Source of the DNA: Nitrospirales bacterium
GTDB lineage: Bacteria; Nitrospirota; Nitrospiria; Nitrospirales; UBA8639
NCBI GenBank assembly: GCA_965203295.1
Contig: CBDBCZ010000013.1
Coordinates: 768,001-832,000, forward strand
DNA length: 64,000 nucleotides
Direction: 5' to 3'
Below, one piece after another: positions 47,226 to 61,037 of the stretch. Position numbers and translations under genes: made by a program. Every line of letters starts with the position of its first letter. Position 1 is the stretch's first letter. The notes beneath the pieces are model-generated. The model made no database searches. It was not told the origin of the DNA and was given only the letters and a program-made list of their open reading frames with translations.

Positions 47226-49249
47226 TGTCCCTCCCCCTACTGCCTCCTGTCTGTCACACAAGATATGAATCAGTTCTTATCACAGATCATATATCCACTT
47301 TCTCAAGTAAGTTAGACCGACTACATGTACTTTGGCCTTTTTGTTTCATCTCATTGCCTCTCCTCTTGTGGGTAGAGCTACTGTAACTTGGCCCTTGCTG
47401 CTTGATAGGTTCCGAGATCTGGGTCATCAGCACTCACAATCCCCTTTCCCTCTCTCTCCAGAATGCCGCTGTGTGCAGAACACCTTTCAGTAACTGCCTC
47501 GAGACCATCAGTACGTAGTTTACCTGTTCAAGCATGTATTCATGGTGTGAGAAATATTTATTTTGCTTAGCTGTCCCACAACAATGATGATATAATATAA
47601 TGCAGTGGGTGTGAGGTGATTTCCTATAATATATGGAGAGTGTATGAGACTACACGTAAGTGTGAGACTCAGAATACATAAATTAAAATAATCTATAGCC
47701 AAGTCTGTGCTGAGTATTGGAGTACAATAAACCGTGCATGTGGTATGCATGAGGTTGTCCATGTAGAACATGTACCAGGTCCTACGCGACATTGTATATA
47801 CACACACAGCCAAAAGATGTATCTGAATTGCATGGAAGGAGATTTGACAGAAAATCTTGCATTTCAGGTACAAAATATAGTATAGGATAGGGCACGATTT
47901 CCTTTGAAGTCGTGAAATTGTGGACTAGATCCTACTCCACGGCCAGTTGCCACACCCTCCATCAACTTCTCTTACATGTTTAGATCCCTCGGATATTCCT
48001 CACCCAGGTGAGCTCACCATTCTCTCGTCAGCAGTCACGCAGGCATCATGCACAACATGGAGTGTATGCACATTGTGTTCAGTCCTGCAAATCTCTCTCA
48101 CATATAATTATATAATACTCTGTGGCCAGGTGCAATTTATTCCTTCCTTCATGCACATTTCCCTCACCTAGCTACTCAATCCACGCCTATAGTTGCAGCC
48201 TTTACCCATGCACTTTACTGTCATGCTCGCAACTTCATCTTCCGACTGTTACGTGCTTGCACATTAATTTTGAACCCTGACTTTTCTTCTATTATCATGA
48301 TTTGTACATGTAATAAGATGTTTTGTTCCTCTGAGGCTTCATACTTCCAGCCTCACTACTAACAGCTATATACGTCCATTAACTGTTATGGAGATTAGAA
48401 ACGTTAAAAAGATACTAATAATTTATAAGTTATCCAAACATTATAATTTTATTAATATTACACCAAGTACTTTGTCCAGCTTAATCCATTCTTCGGGGAG
48501 GGGACAAGAGGATAATACTTTATATTGCACGAAAATTATAATTGACGAGTGTGCAGAAAGAGTTCTTCCAGCAAAGCGAACTCATTGCAGTCTCGGTCCG
48601 CAAAGAGGGAAAGTGGTCTGGGGACTTACCACTCAGGAATTAAATTAACTATACAACAGTCACATGAGGTTATATAGCTCTCGTATAATTACCAGTCGCA
48701 AGCTTAAGTGGTGCAATAGGATGGCATCGGATGTTTTCAGGATTGGCTGTGGCTGCAAGACCTCAAAGGGAGACAGAAGAATATTATGGTATGCAGTGAT
48801 GTATCTGAGAACGTTTCGCATACTTTATTCATCATGTGACTGAATACAGCACTGTGATTGCACCACTTCCCTCTAAAGCGGAAGTGGGCTGGCCGCGAGA
48901 CTAACGCGAGGCTTACTACAAGTACTCCCACAGCGAGGCAATATTTGTCTAATACCGGTACCACGCCTTGAAAGATGAGATGAAACCGGATACCTGATAC
49001 GTTCTATACCGGAAGTGACTCGGCGGATACCTATGTACATCACATTCCACAGGCGTACATTCCACAGCCCAAATGTCGTTATATTACATTACCGAATCAG
49101 TACCGTTATTTTTTTTTGCCCACTGTCGCGCTGTCTTGGCCATCCACCCTCTCCAGCGAAAGGTAGGTAAATTAGCAGTCTAAAACGGTTGCCAACTAGC
49201 TGGAATTAAAGACGGAAAACATCCATTCCCGACTTAAGTAATGTAGCTA

Positions 49250-51500
49250 TGGATGTGGCGCCATGTTTAATTAATAGTGTAGACTACTCCAGGCTAATCT
49301 AACCCCGAGCCTCACATTGCTGTTGTACCCACCCATTCCTAACCCATATAATGTGTTCCGTATTAGCTATAGATTGGAAAGTACCTCTTGGTTGTATTTC
49401 AGTCTGTTCCGAGTCCATCTAATCCCGAGCTTCACATTACTATTAATAATGTCTAGGCTTACGTACATACTCTCAGCCTGTTTAATTTGTTGATTTGGCC
49501 CATATTCGAAAAGTCTAAGTTCAAGTTTGAAAAAATCCCATGTTTGTACTGCATGCAAGCTGTCTGGAGTCCATCTAACCTCGAGCCTCACATTATATAC
49601 AAATTCCCAGCCCATTTGATTTGATGTGGCTCCATATTTAATTTAGAATACTTAGTTAATTGAAAACACCTCCTGGTTTTACATGTATTTCAGGTTGTTC
49701 TGAGTCCAAGCCGCACATTGCTATAATATACCCATTCCCAGCCCTTTTTGTTTAGGGATATACATGGCTCCATAGTAGAATACATTGTAAAGCACCGCTA
49801 GTTGTACTCCAGGCTACCCCAAGTCCATACAGTCTAGAATAAGACCTCACGTTCGTGTATTATTTAAAGACCAAGCCTATTTTATATTGGGCTTATGGCG
49901 GCGCCAACGGGGCGGGAAGGCCCAAAAATGGAGCTTCGCGTTTGCGTTCATATCTCGGAGAAGAAAGCGTATCTACATAAGATCCGCATATTGCATGAAA
50001 GTTCAACCTTTGCTGGTTCCGATGGTACCCAGCATTAGTGTGAGCTCGGCCTTTTTCGAGGCCCTACGAGCAAAAAGCGGCTGCCAATCAGAAAAAAGTG
50101 GGTTTTTTCCATTTTCTGAGCAAAGTGGTGCAAACGTTGCCAGCAGTAAGATTTCAGTGCAGCATCAACGAGCACAAGTTGAATCGAATGAAAAATCAAG
50201 TCCGGAGTCAATCGGCCTCGGAATGGCTGAGATACAAGCCATTAAATTCAGAAGCTGAAAACTGGGAAACACGGGTAGGGCTTACACAAAAAACTAGGAA
50301 TGCTTCTGATATAACTCCACAGCGAAAATAATGCACTAGTTCCTGGACTCTTTTTCCCAGAAGATCTTTCCTACAGCTCTTGTACTTCGTCTTCAATGGT
50401 GGCTTTTGCCAATTCGACTTTTCAGCCATTTTCAGCCTTCCATTTTCTGAGCAAACCGGTGCAAAGTCTCTGAGAACCTCGAAACTCGTACCAGATGTTG
50501 CTTTCCACGTGAACTAGTGGATGCAAGTGGTTTGGAATACAAACGATCGGGATTCTTGAAGATCTGGGGAAAAAAGGGACGAAAATCGAACATCTGGACC
50601 CCCAAACTTTGAGTTCAAAGTTCACACTTCCGCGTGGGTGTACGCATACCATCACGATTACCTAGGCAACCGCGGCGTGCGCAAGCCTGGAGTGCTCTTT
50701 AATTAGCGTATGTAGCCGTGAGAATTGCATTTGCGGGGCTGTATCTTGCAAGAACGAACTGTAAGGTGATGAGCTGTTCCTCTACGCGTGTTGCGACTCT
50801 GTTAAGAGCATTCCTCAGAGCGATTCCGCCAGTGTAAGTGAGATTTGCCTTGATGGTAGCCTGATATCTCGACTAGCAAGCCCGTTCTTAGTATCATTGC
50901 TCACTAGCCCCCGTCTAGCACTCCATCTCCTGTTAGCCGACTATTTTACAGCTATAGCTACTACTTCAGTACCTTCATGTGGGCATTACAGCAGCAATTC
51001 TTCAACTCCTGCCTCGAGGCGAGCTAAAATGATTACGTCAGCGATGCGGCCGCACGTAATAATGAGCGTGGGCACTTCCTGGTTACACTTTCGTTACCGC
51101 CGGCGATTTTGTCTTTAAATTTGAGGTCTTATTCTAGACTGCATAATATCAAACCCCGAGCCTCACGTTTGGTAACGTGGCGCCATATTAATAGTCTAAA
51201 CTCAGGTTTGAAAGCATCCCACGTTTGCACATCAAACTGTTTCGAGTCCATTCATACCCGAGCCTCACATTACTTCTGTACCCATTGGATTGGATGTGAC
51301 AACATAATTATTTCATTCGAAAACATTCCCTAATTGTACTTCAGACTGTGCCAAGTGAATCTAACCTTGAACCTCACATTACCAATGTACCCATTTCCAG
51401 CCCATTCAGTTTTTTAATGTGGCTCCATCTTGAAAGTCTGAATTCAGGTTTGAAAATATCCCATACATGTTTGTACTCCAAGCTGGCTCAAATCTTATCT
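49250..51500. repeat. Diverged satellite (CCGAGCCTCACATT core) split by a 1.3-kb TIR element (49830-51141)
   Basis: The core motif recurs at about 49305, 49425, 49580, 49710, 51155, 51258 and 51368. The TIR is CAGTCTAGAATAAGACCTCA / TGAGGTCTTATTCTAGACTG. Confidence 0.75.
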
Positions 51501-51534
51501 AATGTACTTTGCAATATTATGTGTCGTTCACAGC

Positions 51535-54500
51535 ATGATGGAGCCACCACCCACACTTGAGGAACTTGCAAAGAAACTTCGTATCTACCCACAACTGCTG
51601 GACCAAAAATGCTCAGATGAGCACCTCAGGAGTATCTCTCTCTTCCTGGACTGGCGGAAAATTGCTCCTCACCTTGGGCTAAGCAAGACGTGTATCGAAG
51701 CCATTGAGTTTGAGAAGAGAACGGAGGATGAGAGGAGGCTCGAAGTGCTTCAGAAGTGGAAGGCGAAGTACGGTTACAAGGCTACTTTCAAGAACCTGGC
51801 AGCTGTATTACTGAAAATAGAGAATGCTGATGATGCGGAGCGGGTATGCTGCCTACTACAGACACCAGCAGGTGCAAGTGTGTATAAGTAGAGCTCTGGT
51901 TTACCAACCATATTAAGAAACGGCTTAAAGAAGCAGAAAAGCCTGTACAATGTACTAACGCCTAGTATTAAAACCCCCATATAAATTCATATAGGCATAT
52001 GGGAGCTCATGACACATATATGCGTCATTGGTTGGTAAAGAGTTAACCTTTGCCATGTAATATGCCAATAGCTCAGTCCAAACTAATTGGCTACATTGGA
52101 CTTGGTGCATTCCTTATAATAATGTAAAACATAGCTAGGCTGCATTAGCACAGTAGAAGGGTGAGGTTGCTGATATGTCTACACCTATTTTTACACTGTC
52201 ATTATATAGTCACTCCTGGTCAAACATGCATATCTCCTCACTTCACTATGGTAGGCATTTTTTATCTATGTTTAATGTACGTTAGCTATGAAAAGCAACC
52301 ACACTTCACTCACTACAGACGTCACTTAATTACCCACAAATGGACAGCTAAAAGAAGCCCTAGGCCTGCATAATGTACAGCAGACTCTCACTTATCTAGC
52401 CTCACTGGGGCTGAGCCTAGATTGGATATGTGAACTGCATGGCTATATGTTGAACAATGCATTTTCAATACTAAGAGACAGTAGGCAGTTCTATTTAATG
52501 TACAACCATATTTTTTGAGGGAAGCTAGGCCTGATAATAATTATGTGAGATTCTACTGTAGTAGTCTTTGTGGCTGTAGTTGAGCTAGCAAAGTGAAGTG
52601 CAGAACTGCTTATAATTGAAAATGTCATCAGTTTGGTGACATGAATAATTATTTTTGCAAAATGGCTGGCTAACATCAGAAAATATTAATCAATATGGTC
52701 ACAGTAACTGAACACCTTTAGTCCAATTTTGATACTCATATATAGGCTATCTAATAGAAATGTGTTACAAGAACATGTTGGGAATATCAGAATTTTAATT
52801 ATTGATGGTTTGAGTATATAAGAGTATTCACAACTGCAGTCATGCGTGCATGAAAGGTAGACACACATTCATGAGTATAACTCAAGAGCCAACAGTACTT
52901 CAGTGTGTATACTAACAGCATTTCAAGTACTACAGAATTCAGTATGTTAATTAAACATAGTCAGGTACATTGAAGACAAATGACCCCATGGTCAAAAAAT
53001 TTAAAATTAGTGTGTGCATCATCCACAGGCAAGCACTCTTCTTCGACGGCCACTACCACTACTCCTACCACTCCAGGTGAAAACCAGCTAAGCAGTTCAG
53101 TGACAGCAGCGGAAACCGCCATCTGCAGCACTGTGGCAGAGCCATCCGAAGTCTCAGTCCAATCCCCCAAAATCGATATTGATGGGGAGATCCAGGAACT
53201 TGAAAGCCTGTTTTTGAACATTGTAAGCGAAGCTGCAGAAGACCTGACAACGGTCAAGCTTTCAAGAGTCAAGGTCTGTGTGACACAACTGCCTGTGTCT
53301 GTGAAATACCAGCACCTGCATTTTCTGGAGCATAATCGCTCAGCCATTACTAGTGCTACGAGTGTTGATGATATTCTCGCTGTTTTGGGTCTCTACTGGA
53401 ACTATCTCAACTGTGGGCTTCTGAAAGAACTAGTCTGCCGGCTTGGAAATGATGCAACCAAGCAGCTCATGGAGCAGTACATGGAGACCCTAAAGCTGTT
53501 CCGATTGAAGACCAGGCTCGGAGACTTCTTTGGCAAAGTGAGCGCAAACACACCACCTCACTTCACTACATTCATCACAAAACTAGGCGAAGGCTGGGAA
53601 GACTGCACACTCGAAGACTTGGAGCAATTCCGAAAAGAACTCGCACATTCCATGTATTTGAAGGAGTATGCTATGCACTTCAATTGTGTCGAAACAGGCT
53701 CCGTAGCAATCACCTGGGTTTTCCATAGCTCCCTACCAGAGATTACTGTCACCCTTCAGTCTGCATTTCAGCTACTGGAGTCGAAGTATAGCCTTCTGCA
53801 GGTGATATTCCAGGGAAAATGTATTCCTCAGCAGAGACCACTTGAGGTAAAGTGTTAATTAATAGTGAGCATTGAGATTATGAGGAGAGAGGTTCATTTG
53901 TACCTCCAGATTGCATGCATCACAATGTCTTGTTTAGCATTCTACTAACAAAGAAACTCCCATTATTCCCCCCTCCCCTCCTCCCCAGATTCCTCCCTTG
54001 GCCACACCTCCAGAATCAGAGAGAAGAGAACAGGAGAGCGATACCTTTGACATAATCGCTGCACTCCTGAGTATGTGTGTACACAAGCATGACTTAGTTT
54101 ACATGCATGAAATGCCGAGCTATTTCTCTAAACATACTCAATGATGATTTCACATAAGTGCTACACAGCGAGATAATCTGCCTCCTCCTACACATGTACA
54201 GATGCTGGTGTTCCCCACATTGTGGAACAGATTCTTCAGAGTCTAGATGTGAAATCATTAGTCATGTCGGAGCAGGTGTCAAGCATTTGGAGAGATGTCA
54301 TTAGAGAACTACACAGGTGGAAACATCAGATCCAGCACCATATAGAAAGCAATCCCTTGTGGATGGAGCTTTTTAAGAGAAGGGGATGGTGAGTCAAACA
54401 GTGGATGGGTACAAGTGGATCATACTCACTCATTTTGCACGCTTATGAACAAAAAGGAGCCAGGTACTTTACATGTAGCACACAGGATGCTGCTCAGAAG

Positions 54501-57500
54501 AAGGTTGTATGTATATAGATCAACTTGTTTACTTGATGTATCCAGATCTAGGTGAGAAGAGAACTGGTTTTGTCACGTCTTGCATGAGTATTCCAATCTG
54601 GAAACTAACATGAAGTGGTCATGTGACTTGTAGTACATAGCTATATGCCTCCCGTAACAAACTAAAATATGGCAGTCACCTGGGTGTGTGCTTCATGTGC
54701 AGCTGCCTGGTAATAGAATATGTATAGGAAAAGCAAGTGCATTTTAATTGCTGCTATACTGAGAAGCTAAGCTTGACTTCACCCAGATACTGTGAACAGT
54801 AGAAATATTTTCTGTCGCAGGCACAACTACCTGGATGTTCCTCCAGCTGAACAGGTCTCAAGGCAGTTCTACAGGCAGCTCCACCACAGTGCCTGCAGAG
54901 ATATCCATGTAAGGGGATGCTTTTGTGTGTTCTTACTTATCCTACATTGTTCTCTACCAGCAGTAATGTGTCATTGATCATGACTGTAGCTACAGAAATC
55001 GGTCTCTTAGATTATAAAAATCTAAATTCATTTTCATTCCATTTCCAAGTCGCTTGAGAAAAATTGGAGGAGAGGCCACTGCACCCTTACTAAGGTCAAG
55101 ACTGGCAGTCGAGTCCGGTGCCTGCAGTATGATTACAACAAAATAGTGACAGGGCATGGTGACAACACAATAAAGGTTGGTAGCTGCTGCATTACATGCA
55201 TTGTATGTTGTGAGTTGGTGAGAATTTGATGAAATCATAAAGAAGAGTGTTTGTGCTCAAGTTTTGTTTACATACTGTAGCACTGAAAAGTAGATTCAGA
55301 CGCAAGGTTCTGTGGTTAATCTCTTCTTGAACTGCTAATCAGACACACGCATACACTCTCACACGTACACCACAGATCTGGGACAGGAACACCCTACAAC
55401 TCTTGAGAGTACTGGAAGGACATAAGGATCGAGTGAATAGCCTGCAGTTCAATTCTGAAGTGATTGTATCCGGCTCGTATGATCACACAGTCAAGTTAGT
55501 TCACCCACTATCTCTCAGTACATGCTGTTCTAGCTTAATGTATGGGTATACAGTGGTTACTGACAGGACATGTGCGGCTGGTTGATGTACATGTAGACTC
55601 GTACCCAGGCCTTCCAAAGTGTGCTGTATGAGCTACTATTCTGCTATGCCACTTCTTTGTAATATATGTACGTTTTAGTTGTAATCACCCACTGTACATG
55701 TGTCTGACTCCCTGCAGGGTGTGGGATATCCTGACAGGCCAGTTGATGAATGACCTTATCCATCACAAGGGAAGAGTGTACTCACTGAAGTTTTCAACCG
55801 ACACTTTGGTTACAGGCTCTGACGTGAGTGTGTGCAGAACTGCCACAACTGTACCTTAAAGTGTTATCTCTATGGTATTGTGGAGTCCAATGAATTTTAT
55901 GCTAAACATTGATGATTGAACAGTGGGTTAGGGAAAATGATGTTATAATCTACTGCAATCTGTACACTTAGGTGGATCTGTAGTTCCACTTGATAGTTAG
56001 TCTAGCTGCTAGACCCTCCCTCTCTCCCTCAACAAAAAAAGGAAAGTAGGGAGAGGGAAGGTCTAGCAGAACTTGCAGCATTCCTTGTCATAATGTTTAG
56101 CAGGCAGTACTATATATAGCGTTATGGACTTCTAATTGATTGGTGTAAACATAACCAACTACAAACAGTACTAAGTAAACACATGCTCATGCGAAACCAC
56201 AGATCTATGATTTTAATCACTAGCAGGATTTTGGAAAGTGCAAGGTGATTGGTTATTTTGAAACCAATTTCATGCAAGTTCTGCTAGACTATATATATTT
56301 CTGGGGGAGCGTGAGGGTCTAGCAGCTTGACTACTGGATAGTTGGTTCATGTTACTCTACACACTAGTGTCACCTGTAACACTCCTTCGTAAGTCTGTCA
56401 CAATTTAAACGTGTTTCTGGACTATTATAGCAACCAATATTATTTTGATTAATGGATCTGCACTAATCAATATCGTTGCTGTGGTGTGTGCGCTTTGCCT
56501 ACAGGATGAAACAGTGGCGGTGTGGAAGATAGTGTCACCCACTGATATCACATTGAGGATGACACTTATAGGACATCAAGGCATGGTTTTGGCAGTGGAC
56601 TTGAGTGAGACCACCATTATTTCTGGATCTCATGACCAGACAATTAAGGTACAGTCACAGATGCTGTAATTTCGTGCAACGGGAAATGTTTAACACGTAT
56701 GAAAACAGTTTTGAACGTTGAATTGGATCATTAAGATGCGCTATGTGGACTGAAAAACTTGCGAATGTTGTATATATTGGTTCATGGATGCAAATGGTAT
56801 GCAGTATGTGGTATATAAGTATATATGCACGTATGCAGTCATACATGCATATAACACACACAAACAAAATCTCTATGGAACGCACTAGTGTGGAGCTCAT
56901 TTATATGCTTGCCCAATTTCAGCCTGCGCACAACAAGATCAATTCATGCTAATCCAAGCCACCCCAAGTCAACAAAACATTTTGTGACATGAGATTGTGG
57001 GAAACTTCATATTTTGTACTTGTGCATAGATTTCACTCATAATTATGGTGCTCAACATGCCCTGTGTAGCCACATTAAACAAATATACCTTCACATTAAA
57101 TTTTAATTAACATTAAAATATATCTGAAAAGGTATCTAATTTACTCAAATTAACTTTAACGACAGCATGAACCCAATTATTATTGATTTGTATAGGGTGA
57201 ATGGTTGTGTGAGTATATTTGCTAAACTAAATGGCATGTAGTTCATCATATAGTCATTAAAAAAACTTTATTTACAATGCTGGCTGGTATACTGCTGTAG
57301 GTGTGGGGTGCCTTCACTGGAGAGTTGGTGCGAACCCTTCGTGGACACAGTGATTGGGTGTGGTGTCTACAGTTGCAAGGAGACCACCTCATCAGCGGCT
57401 CTGTGGACAGCACAATAAGGTGAGATAATACCCATTAATTTTCATAGCTATTGTCCTCCTTCTGCAGTAGACAGTGATGTACTGTACTCTCATTAAACTT

Positions 57501-59038
57501 GCTTTGCTCGCTCAGCTACTTGCGTTCTCCATGCAACTATATAGTTTGCAAGGAATGTTAGCATCCACCAGCACTATACCGCTGCTGGTGGATGCTAAAC
57601 GTTCCTTACACACTAGTTGCATGGAGAGATGTGGCTATTAAAAATTAAACTGAGACATACACAAAGCCGTAGCTGTACAGTATCATTAATTTTGAGTGCT
57701 GGTAATACTGTGTAGACTTATAGTGTTTATTGTAGAGTGCATTTAGCTTTGCTTTCTAGGCACACATTCTAGGAGGTATGTCATGGGTGTGTGGCTATAA
57801 TACTCAGCAGTTTCTACCCACATTAAGCTATATTTCATGGCTATGTATGTATGTATGACTGTTGTATGAATGCATCTATCTTCATCAGAATATGGGACGT
57901 TGACACGGGAGAATGTGCACGAGTGCTACATGGGCATAATGATTTGGTCATGTAAGTAAAACACGCAGTCTCAAACTGAACCTGAAAACCATTCTCCATT
58001 TTTTCATGTCCCTGTAATGATGTAAGTATGCTAAAGTATTATTTCTGGAGCATGGCAGAATTTTTTAATCTATCAAGCCCCATTCCATCCCATAGGTGTG
58101 TCGCTGTGCACAACAAGAGAATAGTCAGTGGAAGTTATGACAGGTGAGTAGCAATAATGCATGTGTATTAATCTATTTACCACTGTGTCCTTAGTAGTTG
58201 TTGTGATGTGTCCCATTCTCTTTGTGTAGGACAATAAAATTCTGGGACCTGGCAGCAGCACTGGACACTGGTTCATCCAGTGATACTCTTTGTATTACAA
58301 CACTGAAGGTAGGGTGCCTTGAGTACACTGTTTTTAACTCATTAAAGGTAGAAGAGTGATACATCATTTGCCTTCACTAGTCTGGGCATGTTATTGATGT
58401 TTTCTTATCGTAGAAAGAGCAATGGCACTGTTTTTAGCCTCATACCTTTCCCCATGTTAGTGTGAGAACAGTGGATACATGCACTTATGGTATAGTTTTC
58501 ATACTACTGTAGCTACAATAAGCTCTCTTTAAACTTGCAGGGAGGATATTAAAATAAAAAAGTGTATTTATATCTGGGGAAAATTCACTAAGTAATTTGC
58601 TTATCCATATACAACATTTTTTTCTCTCAATACCCTCACAACTACGTAAGAGGGTATTGTGATCAGTAAACAGGAGCTGGATTTTAGTATAATACTACAA
58701 TTGTCTTTTAGGATCATTCATCTGTCCCTCTCCATGCAGGAACAAAGTGACAGGTTCCAGCCACTGGAATTTGATGATTTACAGGTTAGTAGTTGTTTGA
58801 AAGGTTATTTGTATTCGATACACAGGATACTTAGTCACAGGTATATTTTAGCATAACTGAAATTGTCTTTCAGGATCATTCATGCATGTGTTTGTCTTTA
58901 TCTTTCTCCCTGCAGGAACACAGGGATTGGGTCTCAACACTTCAATTTGATGATTACCGGGTTATTAGTGGTTATGAAGACGGAACACTAGTTATACATG
59001 ATTTTTTAGACCCTACACCACCCATCCTGAAAACCTAA
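51535..59038 (+). CDS. Death domain + unnamed helical domain + beta-TrCP-like F-box/7xWD40 (about 812 aa, 14 coding exons)
   Basis: Exons 51535-51871 (DD: DWRKIAPHLGLS..IEAIE..VLQKWK..ATFKNL), 53029-53846, 53989-54070 and 54202-54388 (F-box: DIIAALL..PHIVEQILQSLD..LW..RRGW), 54821-54908, 55050-55175, 55376-55494, 55718-55823, 56505-56648 (SPTDITLR), 57301-57419, 57889-57951, 58096-58143, 58230-58308 (WDLAAALD..TLC), 58916-59038. SPTDITLR, NWRRG and WDL.AALD are beta-TrCP signatures. The total is 2439 nt. Confidence 0.88.
51900..52046. mobile_element. piggyBac-type MITE, copy 1
   Basis: TTTACCAACCA ... TGGTTGGTAAAGAGTTAA; nearly identical to 63553-63700. Confidence 0.8.
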
Positions 59039-60011
59039 AGACTTGCCATTCTGTTCTCCTTGTACTGTACTGTTCTCATTTTGAGTGCTCCTATATCCCA
59101 CTACTGGTTATATCATTTATTAAATTGCTGCTGCAGTGTATTCGAAATATCAACCACTTTTCATGAATTGATGAATTATATATAGCTACTGATAAGCAAT
59201 AGCCATGTAGTGTTGGTTATTAATATTATGTGCATGTACTGTAAATCAACCTGTTATTTATGTGATATCAAATAGTTATCCTAAAGATATGACGCTAACA
59301 ATACATAACATTGTAGTGTTTCTAGCCTGAATACATGCTACGATATAGCAGACAACTTTTATGATCTTACATAATATGCTCTATAGGCAAAGTGCAGGTT
59401 CATTTGACTAAGTGCCAGTCACAATCACTAGCATAACCATTGCATGCATTAGCTACTATCTGTACTATTTTGGTCTCTTTCTTTGCCTGCATGGCTAAAA
59501 CCAGGCCCTGTAGGCACTACTCCTGCTGGCATCTGGACAATTGTAATGTTAGGTAGAATCCTATGTACCATTGTAGATGCCAATCCATGGCTATCGTGAA
59601 TAAATAGGTGAAAGGGCGGGAAAAAAGCTAACTATCACTGGTACGTAGATAGAGATATAGTCATAAATGGTATGACTGCAACAATGTACTTGTGCCTATT
59701 GCACTATGTAGTTGAGTAATTTAATTAACTGTACCCAGTCCAAACCTTTGTAGGGTATAGACGCAATCCAGCTTATTTCAGCACCCCTTACTTGCTTCAG
59801 CAGTCTCAATACACAGTCTGAGTGGTGAGTGAATGGGAGCTACGTATAGACTTGATTACAATCATAGTACAATGCGTAAACATCCAATCATTTGCCTATT
59901 AAATTGCTAACCATGACTTTGAAGCTGCACTGAAATTGATGCTAGTTGCATAGTGATATGTTGCTATTGCAAAGGCTTAGGAAAAGCACGCATCCTTTGG
60001 TACCTACTGGT

Positions 60012-60316
60012 AGTAGTAAAAGTTGGTTTCTTTTCTCCTTGCTGCTTCACCTGGTGACACTGCACTGCATACACTTTGCTGCTCCGTGCTCTGCTTGATT
60101 TGAATGGCACTGCACTCATATAGCTGTTTACTTTTTTCTAGTGATTCGAAAAGCATAATACAAAGGACTGAGGCTCAGGCGACGCATATGCCACTGATTC
60201 TGAAGGGTATATATATATATGTCTACCCGTCTGGAAGGCGTGAGATTAATATTGTGTCTAAACATCCATTGAGTTACGGAAACAGAAAGACCAAAAAAGT
60301 AACTTCTACAGTCTAG
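60012..60316 (-). pseudogene. Frameshifted remnant of UPA-like exons, paralogous to 14976-15380
   Basis: The minus strand gives QIKQSTEQQS and HQVKQQGEKKP in different frames, versus QIKQSEEQQS and HRVQLQGAKEP in the GK fusion. CTCTGCTTGATTTGAA is shared. Confidence 0.72.
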
Positions 60317-61037
60317 GTAACCCTGATGACACTGCTTCAGCATACCATTTTAGGTGTGCATGCAGCTCCCACTTCATTTTAAAAGTGCACTGGTTATTGC
60401 AGTCAGAAAGGCAGATTTGGTGGTACAATTTCTCAACGATTCCAGCAGCCGAACTGTAATTCCATGGATGTATATGTTGAAGCCATTCTCAAAAGAACAA
60501 TCATATAAACAAGACTACATGATGCCATGACTGGAGAGAGTTACTGGCTGACCCTGCCTTTCCATTCAGTGAATTTTGTATGGGCCCATTATCAGTCTTA
60601 CCATTGGCTACCTTCACATGCACAGAGGCTGGCCAACAACATGGCAACAAGACTGTAACCATGCATGTCATGGCATTACTATTCATACTTGAGGACCCTA
60701 TTGCCCACACGCAGCGGTTCTTACCTGAAAAGAACGCTTCCAAACGTTTTCCAGTAAGTACACACCAGTTTCAACTTAAAATTTCCCGCCAAAAGAATCT
60801 AAAGTACCGTTATCATTTTATTACCGTAATTATCCGAAATCATGTGTAAACGTCACATTACGTAATTCTAAATTTTAAAACCAAAAGCGATAATCTGAGC
60901 TGTGCCTAGGAGTAGGACTGTTGTGGTGGCAAGCTGTTTGAAACTTGAATATTGAGAAGCTCGGTTTTATATTGGCACGAAAATACGTGGGAATTTAGGA
61001 ATTGCATGCTGATCTTGCTGCCTAGCTACTAATAGCT

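Noticed and set aside
49005..49170. Possible promoter and non-coding first exon of the DD-F-box gene (CCGGAAGT, donor-like AAG|GTAGGT)
   Set aside because: Plausible, because 51533 is an acceptor, but cannot be supported without transcript data.
59480..59600. Possible minus-strand death-domain remnant (QWYIGFYL)
   Set aside because: The match is too short and degenerate to support without an alignment.
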